The position numbers were made by a program, and so were the translations under genes. Positions 57,181 to 64,000 of a DNA stretch of 64,000 nt are shown here, one piece after another. Source of the DNA: Microbacterium sp. (GTDB taxonomy: Bacteria; Actinomycetota; Actinomycetes; Actinomycetales; Microbacteriaceae); NCBI GenBank assembly GCA_003524435.1, contig DQHP01000176.1, positions 1,448 to 65,447 on the forward strand, written 5' to 3'. The notes under the pieces were generated by a model that worked only from the letters and a program-made list of their open reading frames with translations, made no database searches and had not been told where the DNA came from. Position 1 is the first letter of the stretch, and each line of letters starts with the position of its first letter.

Positions 57181-57686
57181 CCGCGCATACGATGTTGCTC
57201 TCTCTGGCTGTCGTCGAAGGCATCCGTCTTGCCGAATTGATCGACCAGTTCACGGAGGTCCTGACCGATTCAGGATCGGGCTCGGATCCCGCTATCGAAA
57301 GACTCACACCCATTGCATACCCCGAGGACGCTGACGCTTCCGCTGATTTTGCACATGCCACCCGCGAAGACCTTCTCGATCGTCGTCGCACGGATGCCGC
57401 GACGATGCGACATGCGCTGGCACCGTTGCTGGTGACTGCGCCCGGGGACCTTGCCGACCACGAAGGAATCGAAGAGCGCGAGATTGCCATCCGCCCAGAA
57501 GATCTCGACGCATGGCTGCGCACACTCACGTCCCTACGGCTTGTCATTGCCACCCGCCTTGATATCACTGCAGATGACGACGACCACGATCCAGAAGATA
57601 GCCGCTACGGCGTCTACGACTGGCTGGGGTACCGACTAGACCAGCTCATCGCGATCGCTGACGATTACGACGCCACTAACCCCTAA
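57177..57686 (+). CDS. DUF2017 family protein
   Basis: DPAIERL.P.AY, AWLRTLT.LRLVIA.RL, VYDWLG; follows clpS. Confidence 0.88.
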   Translation: MTAHTMLLSLAVVEGIRLAELIDQFTEVLTDSGSGSDPAIERLTPIAYPEDADASADFAHATREDLLDRRRTDAATMRHALAPLLVTAPGDLADHEGIEEREIAIRPEDLDAWLRTLTSLRLVIATRLDITADDDDHDPEDSRYGVYDWLGYRLDQLIAIADDYDATNP

Positions 57687-57693
57687 CGCTTGG

Positions 57694-58275
57694 CTAAGGA
57701 ATCGTGACCTGCACGTTCGCGAGTGCGCGTGGATCATGACGTTCAAGGTGGCGCAGTTCTTGTGCTGCCCACTGGTTCCAGTGCGGCTTGAACCCGTCGC
57801 CGTCGCGTGCAAACGCTCGATGTTTCCGTGAACTCTCGGGTGATTCCACCCACACGCGCACATCTGCCAGACGCGCCGTTGCCGGATTCAGCGCGCCACA
57901 CCCTTCAAGAATGACGCCCAGCGCGGGGGTCACTGCATGTGCTTCAGCCTCGGTCTGCAACTCCCAGTCCCAGCGACGCCACGTGCTCAGCAGCCCGCGA
58001 GCGTGAGGGCGCAGCACATCGTGCAAGGCGCGCTCCACACCAGCATCCAGGCCGTCCCAGCCTGGATAGAGCGAATCCAGCGCGACAAGTTGTGGTCTGC
58101 CTGCGAATGGCCAGTTGGCGGCGACGAGGCGCGCCAACGTCGACTTCCCTGCTCCCGCTCGGCCGTCAATCAACACCATCGGATTCGCCGCCGACACATC
58201 GACGATCGCATCGATGATCTCAGCAGCCGCTCGTTTCAGCGACTGCCCGACGGGATCGTTATTTCTTGAGGGCAC
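57694..58275 (-). CDS. P-loop nucleoside/nucleotide kinase-like protein
   Basis: LIDGRAGAGKST, LDSLYPGWDGL, ILEGCG, W..WAAQE. Start approximate (GTG 58275). Confidence 0.8.
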   Translation of the reverse strand: MPSRNNDPVGQSLKRAAAEIIDAIVDVSAANPMVLIDGRAGAGKSTLARLVAANWPFAGRPQLVALDSLYPGWDGLDAGVERALHDVLRPHARGLLSTWRRWDWELQTEAEAHAVTPALGVILEGCGALNPATARLADVRVWVESPESSRKHRAFARDGDGFKPHWNQWAAQELRHLERHDPRALANVQVTIP

Positions 58276-58579
58276 GGATGACGCGCGCGAGTGCGCGACC
58301 GGCGACCCAGACGAACGGGATCCCCACAGCAAGCAGCGAAACGATATTCGGCTCGAAGCGTAGCCCTTCCTCACGGCGCACATATACGCCGAGCGGAATA
58401 GACACGCCACCCCCGCCGCCGCCACCGTTGTCATCCTGATCGGCCCCGCCACCATAGCCAGCCCAGGTCAGGGCGACAGGAGTGATGCTCACTCCGTCAA
58501 CGTCCTGCGGCTCGCCATAAGAGCTCTTCACTCCGAATGAGGCTGCTTGCTTCCCGAGGTCTAACGCGATGTTCGGCAT
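58259..58579 (-). CDS. YtfJ/GerW-like small protein with C-terminal TM
   Basis: YGEP..VDGVSITPVA...GYGGG...GGGGGG..PLGVY.....RFEP. Confidence 0.75.
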   Translation of the reverse strand: MPNIALDLGKQAASFGVKSSYGEPQDVDGVSITPVALTWAGYGGGADQDDNGGGGGGGVSIPLGVYVRREEGLRFEPNIVSLLAVGIPFVWVAGRALARVIRALKK

Positions 58580-58616
58580 AGCTCCACGCTAGCCGACGAA
58601 CGCCGGACGCGGGAGA

Positions 58617-59873
58617 CTAATCGACGCCGTGAGCCTTGGGATGCTGCGCGGAACCGCGCCCGTCTCCCCTGCCGACGTGGCGTGCACGGGTGATGGTGGC
58701 ATTGCCGAACCGTGCTCGAGCATCATCCAATGCGCCCTCGACCTTGCGCCAATGCTCGTCGTCATCCCAGAGGGCGAACGCTGCGCCTCCGGCTGGACGC
58801 AGTCTCTCTGCACGCACGCCCACCAAACGCACCGGATCACGCCGGTCAATCGACTCGTACAGAACCTGTGCGGCCTCGCCGATCCGCTGTCCCACCGACG
58901 ATGGCTCTGGCAGCGTCCGCGAACGACTCAACGTGGTGAAGTCGTCAAAGCGAATCTTGATTGCCACAGTCGCGCATTCCCACTGCGCCCGCCGCAGTCG
59001 CGTCGCAACGCGGTCGGAAAGACGAAGCAGTTCCGCACGCAAGAACTCACGATCTGTGACATCGGTGTCGAATGTCTCTTCGTGACCGATGCTCTTCTCG
59101 ACGCGTATTGTTTCTACGGCTCGCGCGTCCTCACCCCGCGACAGTTGGGCGAGACGAGCGCCGAGTGCCGCGCCCACAGCACGATCGAGCATCTCTTGCG
59201 GGGCATCGCGGATGTCACCGATCGTGCGGATGCCGCGTGCTTCCAACGAGTCCGCGGCTTTGGGCCCGACGCCCCACATGGCCCGCACAGATCGAGGAGA
59301 GAGAAAATCGAGCGTGTCTGCTGCGGCAATGATCAGCAGCCCGTCTGGCTTTGAAATGGTGGAGGCCATTTTGGCCACGTGCTTCGTGGCAGCCACCCCT
59401 ACGCTGCAAGCAATACCGACCTCAGCAAAGACGCGTTCACGCACGAGACGCGCGACCTGTCCCGGACTCCCCCACAACCGCCGCACGCCCCGAACATCAA
59501 GGAATGCCTCGTCGACCGACAAGGGCTCGACAAGCGGTGTGATCGATTCGAACACCGCCATCACCTGCTTTGAGATGGCTTGGTAGCGTTCGAAATGTGG
59601 GGTGACGATTTTGGCGGCAGGGCATAGTCGCCTCGCCTGGGCGACGGGCATCGCTGCGCGCACTCCATATTTTCGGGCCTCATACGACGCGCTAGAGACT
59701 ACCGAGCGGCCGTCAGGCGCGCCGATGATGATTGGCAGTCCCTTCAACGAAGGGTCGTCAAGTACCTCGACGGCTGCATAGAACGCATCCATGTCGACAT
59801 GCAGAATGCGCGTACCCGCATCGTCTGCTCCCTCAGGAGAGACGAGCCGCCCGCGTCCATCACCGCGACCCAT
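58617..59873 (-). CDS. dinB: DNA polymerase IV (Y family)
   Basis: LHVDMDAFYAAVE, SYEARKYGV, SVDEAFLD, AKMAS..SKPDG, KSIGHEETF, VRLVGV. Confidence 0.96.
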   Translation of the reverse strand: MGRGDGRGRLVSPEGADDAGTRILHVDMDAFYAAVEVLDDPSLKGLPIIIGAPDGRSVVSSASYEARKYGVRAAMPVAQARRLCPAAKIVTPHFERYQAISKQVMAVFESITPLVEPLSVDEAFLDVRGVRRLWGSPGQVARLVRERVFAEVGIACSVGVAATKHVAKMASTISKPDGLLIIAAADTLDFLSPRSVRAMWGVGPKAADSLEARGIRTIGDIRDAPQEMLDRAVGAALGARLAQLSRGEDARAVETIRVEKSIGHEETFDTDVTDREFLRAELLRLSDRVATRLRRAQWECATVAIKIRFDDFTTLSRSRTLPEPSSVGQRIGEAAQVLYESIDRRDPVRLVGVRAERLRPAGGAAFALWDDDEHWRKVEGALDDARARFGNATITRARHVGRGDGRGSAQHPKAHGVD

Positions 59874-59901
59874 GGTTCTATTCTCTCTTAGGGGTCAGAC
59901 A
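59866..59901 (-). promoter_or_regulatory. PafBC-type promoter and SOS-like box of dinB
   Basis: Minus strand TGTCTG-N10-GAGAAT, 6 nt before the ATG; AGAAC-CATG-GGTCG spans the start codon. Confidence 0.5.
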
Positions 59902-59928
59902 TTCGGCCGGACACGATGAGGCAACAAA

Positions 59929-61443
59929 CTACTGAGCGGCGCGCTCCAAGATCAGTTCCCGCACGCGTGCTGCGTCGGCCTGTCCCTTCATCGCCTTCAT
60001 GACCGCGCCGATGATGGCACCGGCAGCCTGCACCTTGCCATCCTTGATCTTGGCCATGACATCAGGCTGCGACGCCAGAGCGTCATCGATCGCAGCGATC
60101 AACGCGCCGTCATCCGACACGACAGCGAGGCCACGCGCATCGACGACCGCTTGCGGCGTCCCCTCACCCGCGACAACGCCCTCCAGAACCTGGCGCGCGA
60201 GCTTGTCCGTGAGTGTGCCCTCGTCTACGAGCTTCTGCAGGGCGGCAACGTTCTCCGCGCTGATGAGACCCGCAGCATCCTTGTTCTGGGTGTTCGCGAG
60301 ACGCGAGATCTCACCGGTCCACCACTTGCGTGCAGTCGCGGGCGTTGTGCCTGCTGCGATCGTCGCTTCGACCTCGTCAATCAGAGCACCATTTCGTACG
60401 TCCTGGAACTCGAGGTCGGTGAAGTTCCACTCCGCCTTCAAACGACGATGGCGAGCCACCGGCTGTTCCGGAAGCGCGGCACGCAACTCTTCGATCAACT
60501 CAGCTGTCGGCTGTACAGGCAGCAAGTCAGGCTCAGGGAAGTATCGGTAGTCATCGGCATCCGACTTCGGACGCCCCGGCGATGTGGTTCCCGTGTCCTC
60601 ATGCCAATGACGCGTCTCCTGAGTGATCGAGCCGCCATCGGCGAGAATCTGCGCCTGACGCTGGATCTCATACCGAACGGCGCGCTCCACCGAACGCATC
60701 GAGTTGACGTTCTTGGTTTCTGTGCGGGTGCCCAGCTTTTCTTGCCCGCGCGGGCGCAGCGAGACGTTGGCGTCACAACGCAGGTTGCCGCGCTCCAGAC
60801 GGGCCTCTGAAATGCCGAGTCCACGAACGATGTCGCGGATCGCCGCAATGTACGCCTTGGCGTACTCGGGCGCGCGGTGTTCCGCACCAATAATGACCTT
60901 CGTGACAATCTCAACCAGCGGAACGCCCGCACGGTTGTAGTCGACCAGGGAGTACTCGGCGCCCTGGATACGGCCAGTCGCGCCGCCCATGTGCGTGAGC
61001 TTTCCCGCATCCTCTTCCATGTGCGCGCGCTCGATCGGGATCGTCACGAGCGTGCCGTCCTCGAGCTCCACGTCAACCGATCCTTCATAAGCGATCGGCT
61101 CGTCGTACTGCGAGATCTGGTAGTTCTTGCCCAGGTCTGGGTAGAAGTAGTTCTTCCGCGCGAAGCGGCTTGATTCGGCGATCGAACACCCAAGTGCGAG
61201 TCCGAGACTGATCGACGAGCGGATCGCCGTCTCGTTGACCACGGGCAGAGAACCGGGAAGTCCCAGGTCGACCGGCGCAATCAGCGTGTTCGGCTCGGCT
61301 GCGTGATACTTCTCGTTGGCCGGGTTCGGGGCACTCGAGAACATCTTCGTGTTCGTGTTGAGCTCGACGTGCACTTCGAAACCGAGCACGGGCTCGAACA
61401 TTTCCAGAGCCTTGTCGAAATCCATCAGCTTTGGAGCGGCCAT
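59929..61443 (-). CDS. gatB: Asp/Glu-tRNA amidotransferase subunit B
   Basis: [46 protein letters not shown]. Confidence 0.97.
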   Translation of the reverse strand: MAAPKLMDFDKALEMFEPVLGFEVHVELNTNTKMFSSAPNPANEKYHAAEPNTLIAPVDLGLPGSLPVVNETAIRSSISLGLALGCSIAESSRFARKNYFYPDLGKNYQISQYDEPIAYEGSVDVELEDGTLVTIPIERAHMEEDAGKLTHMGGATGRIQGAEYSLVDYNRAGVPLVEIVTKVIIGAEHRAPEYAKAYIAAIRDIVRGLGISEARLERGNLRCDANVSLRPRGQEKLGTRTETKNVNSMRSVERAVRYEIQRQAQILADGGSITQETRHWHEDTGTTSPGRPKSDADDYRYFPEPDLLPVQPTAELIEELRAALPEQPVARHRRLKAEWNFTDLEFQDVRNGALIDEVEATIAAGTTPATARKWWTGEISRLANTQNKDAAGLISAENVAALQKLVDEGTLTDKLARQVLEGVVAGEGTPQAVVDARGLAVVSDDGALIAAIDDALASQPDVMAKIKDGKVQAAGAIIGAVMKAMKGQADAARVRELILERAAQ

Positions 61444-62960
61444 CAGTTCTTCCCTCCTGCGAGCTGCGGTGCACGGGTGAGCAACGGAGCTCCCCACGAA
61501 TCTAGAAGCACGGTCTCCAGCGCTGCTCCCACACGATAAAGACGAGCATCTTCGCGTGCAGGCGCAAGGAACTGGATGCCAACAGGTAAACCGTCGTCGT
61601 CTGCAAGACCCGACGGAATCGAGATACCAGGAACGCCGGCGAGGTTCGCGGGAATTGTCGTCACGTCGTTCAAGTACATCTGCAGCGGGTCATCGATCCG
61701 CTCACCGATCTTGAAAGCCGTGGTCGGCGCCGACGGCGTTGCGATGACATCAACCTCCGAGAAGGCCCGCTCAAAGTCTTGCTGGATGAGCGTGCGCACT
61801 TTCTGCGCGCTGCCGTAGTAAGCGTCGTAGTAACCAGCAGACAGGGCGTACGTTCCGAGGATGATGCGACGCTTCACCTCGTCGCCGAAACCGGCTTCGC
61901 GGGTCGCCGACATGACATCTTCGACAGTTGCGCCGCCCTCAGGGGTGATGCGTAGCCCGAAGCGCACGGAGTCGAACTTCGCGAGGTTACTGGATGCTTC
62001 GGCAGGAAGAATCAGGTAGTACGCAGCGACTCCGTACTCGAAGTACGGAGTAGAGATCTCCACGATCTCGGCGCCGTTTGCTTCGAGAAGGTCGAGAGAA
62101 GCGCGGAAGGATGCTGCGACGCCCGGCTGGAAGCCGGAGTCGGGCAGTTCCTTGATGACGCCGACCTTGAGCCCCTTGAGTACATCGCCGCGCGCGCCTT
62201 CTCGTGCCGCATCCGCGAAAGACGGCCATGCATCGGTGAGCGAGGTGGAATCATGCGGGTCGTGTCCGCCGATGACGTCGTGCAGAAGGCCAGCGTCGAG
62301 GACGGTGCGCGAGACAGGACCAACCTGGTCAAGGCTGGAAGCCAACGCGATCGAGCCGTAGCGGCTTACCGCACCGTACGTCGGCTTCACACCGACTGTC
62401 CCGGTGACGTGAGCGGGCTGGCGGATCGAGCCTCCGGTGTCTGAGCCGAGGGCGAGCGGGGCTTCAAAGGCGGCAACGGCAGCAGCAGAGCCACCACCAG
62501 AACCACCGGGAATGCGGTCAAGATCCCACGGGTTGTGGGTGGGTCCGTACGCAGAGTGCTCGGTCGACGAGCCCATCGCGAACTCATCCATATTCGTCTT
62601 GCCCAGCGGGACGAGTCCCGCAGCGCGCGAGCGTGCCACGACTGTCGCGTCGTAGGGCGACATGTAGCCCTCGAGGATCTTCGACCCACTTGTGGTTGGC
62701 TGATCTGTCGTGACCAGCACGTCCTTAATTGCGAGTGGCACACCCGCGAGCGGGCCGAGCTTCTCGCCCGCAGCGCGTTGCGCGTCTACCGCGTCGGCTG
62801 CCGCAAGAGCACCTTCGTTGACGTGCAGGAAAGCGTGCACATCACCGTCAACCGCGCTGATGCGGTCAAGATGAGCTTGGGTAGCCTCACGGCTAGAGAC
62901 CTCGCCCGCAGCCAGTTTGTCGGCAAGTTCCGCGGCGGTCCAGCGGATCATGTCGCTCAC
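61443..62960 (-). CDS. gatA: Asp/Glu-tRNA amidotransferase subunit A
   Basis: [53 protein letters not shown]. Confidence 0.97.
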   Translation of the reverse strand: MSDMIRWTAAELADKLAAGEVSSREATQAHLDRISAVDGDVHAFLHVNEGALAAADAVDAQRAAGEKLGPLAGVPLAIKDVLVTTDQPTTSGSKILEGYMSPYDATVVARSRAAGLVPLGKTNMDEFAMGSSTEHSAYGPTHNPWDLDRIPGGSGGGSAAAVAAFEAPLALGSDTGGSIRQPAHVTGTVGVKPTYGAVSRYGSIALASSLDQVGPVSRTVLDAGLLHDVIGGHDPHDSTSLTDAWPSFADAAREGARGDVLKGLKVGVIKELPDSGFQPGVAASFRASLDLLEANGAEIVEISTPYFEYGVAAYYLILPAEASSNLAKFDSVRFGLRITPEGGATVEDVMSATREAGFGDEVKRRIILGTYALSAGYYDAYYGSAQKVRTLIQQDFERAFSEVDVIATPSAPTTAFKIGERIDDPLQMYLNDVTTIPANLAGVPGISIPSGLADDDGLPVGIQFLAPAREDARLYRVGAALETVLLDSWGAPLLTRAPQLAGGKN

Positions 62961-63256
62961 TGTTCTTCCCCCAGGATCGCGGTAACGCGGAATCGGCCGT
63001 CCACGGAATCCGGCGCATTCTGCAGCACCTGCTCGTGCGTCAGAGTCTCGCCGACAACGTCAGGGCGGAAGACATTCGCGAGCGGAATCGGGTGGCTCGT
63101 GGCGACCACGTCGGGCGTCGCAACCTCGGACACCTTCGCGATGTTATCGACGATCGCGTCGAGCTGGCCCGTGAGCCGCGACACCTCGTCATCGTTGAGC
63201 TGGATGCGTGCAAGCACGCCAAGATGGCGCACGAGTTCAGGGGTGATTTCAGACAC
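62957..63256 (-). CDS. gatC: Asp/Glu-tRNA amidotransferase subunit C
   Basis: V.HL..LARI.L, SHP...NVFRPD, L.NAP...FRV..IL. Confidence 0.95.
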   Translation of the reverse strand: MSEITPELVRHLGVLARIQLNDDEVSRLTGQLDAIVDNIAKVSEVATPDVVATSHPIPLANVFRPDVVGETLTHEQVLQNAPDSVDGRFRVTAILGEEQ

Positions 63257-63321
63257 CCCTCTAGTCTAGTTCGCCGCGTTCCCTCTGACACGCGCTTCAT
63301 GCTTCGCCATAAGCTGTGGGG

Positions 63322-64000
63322 ATGACGACGTTCGATCCCCCGCGCCCCTGGACCGCGAGCTATGCCGATGGCGTTCCCGAAGATCTTTCTCCCGTTGATG
63401 GCTCGCTCGTCGACATCGTCGCGGCGTCGGCACGCGATTATCCGGATGCCGTCGCGTTGCAGTTCTTCGGAAAAGAGACGAGCTACGCCGATCTGCAGGC
63501 AGCAATTGACCGCGCAGCCGCAGGGCTTCGGCAGCTCGGCGTAGGACCCGGTGATCCCGTCGCGATCGTGCTGCCGAACTGTCCGCAGCACATCATCGCG
63601 TTCTATGCGGTACTGCGTCTGGGCGCAGTAGTCGTTGAACACAATCCGCTGTACACCCCGCGAGAATTGCGCAAACAGTTCGAAGACCATGGCGCGAAGT
63701 ACGCCATCGCCTGGAGCAAAGTCGTAAAGACTCTGCAGGAGTTTCCGAGCGATCTCGCAGTGACGTCCCTCGTGTCCGTAGACGTGACCAAGGCGATGCC
63801 CTTCGTTACGCGCCTCGCTTTGAAGCTTCCGATCGCGAAAGCCCGCGAGTCCCGCGCTGCACTCACCGAGAACGTGCGCGGTGCAATCGATTGGGAGCAG
63901 ATCGTCGGCTCTTCGCCGTTACCTGCCTCACATCCGATGCCTGTGACTGACGACCTTGCGATCATTCAATACACTTCGGGCACGACCGGCACGCCCAAGG
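63322..64000 (+). CDS. Long-chain fatty acid-CoA ligase (runs off the right edge; not in the ORF track)
   Basis: Manual translation MTTFDPPRPWTASYADGVP...LPNCPQHIIAFYAVLRLGA..EHNPLYT...LAIIQYTSGTTGTPK (AMP-binding signature). Confidence 0.93.
   Translation, partial: MTTFDPPRPWTASYADGVPEDLSPVDGSLVDIVAASARDYPDAVALQFFGKETSYADLQAAIDRAAAGLRQLGVGPGDPVAIVLPNCPQHIIAFYAVLRLGAVVVEHNPLYTPRELRKQFEDHGAKYAIAWSKVVKTLQEFPSDLAVTSLVSVDVTKAMPFVTRLALKLPIAKARESRAALTENVRGAIDWEQIVGSSPLPASHPMPVTDDLAIIQYTSGTTGTPK

Noticed and set aside
1..64000. CRISPR arrays, IS elements, rRNA, long tandem repeats
   Set aside because: None seen; intergenic gaps are short and explained by promoters, terminators and RNAs.

Overview
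GC-rich actinobacterial chromosome segment. Gene content and order point to Microbacteriaceae, most likely Microbacterium. It is mostly core genes: glnA/glnE/glnA2, ppgK, rnpB, aceE-fasR-fabD-fabH-acpP-fabF, a TPP-riboswitch-controlled ykoFEDC thiamine ECF transporter, dps, nei, rpiB, hemH, pepN, mscS-glbO, tesB, ettA, ssb paralog, orn, clpS, dinB, gatCAB and a truncated acyl-CoA ligase. Four tRNAs are present (Val-TAC, CAT probably Ile2, Arg-TCT, His-GTG). I found no transposase, integrase, prophage or CRISPR array. The most interesting signals are: (1) a PafBC-type promoter motif (AATGTCnG-N10-[-10]) in front of a zinc-ribbon + stand-alone family A DNA polymerase operon, in front of dinB and in front of an unknown 89-aa gene; (2) an unannotated 2OG/Fe(II)-oxygenase-like gene with an IdeR/DtxR-like box; (3) a GmrSD protein whose HNH motif looks degenerate, coupled to a small Cys/His zinc-finger gene; (4) a 33-codon uORF between the TPP riboswitch and ykoF; (5) a GGGGAA-loop hairpin in the DUF3145 leader; (6) a RimK-TrkA_C fusion divergent from a RimB-like protease; (7) a membrane pseudokinase missed by the ORF track. 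All calls come from reading the sequence by eye; no searches were run. Start codons were adjusted by hand using RBS or -10 evidence.
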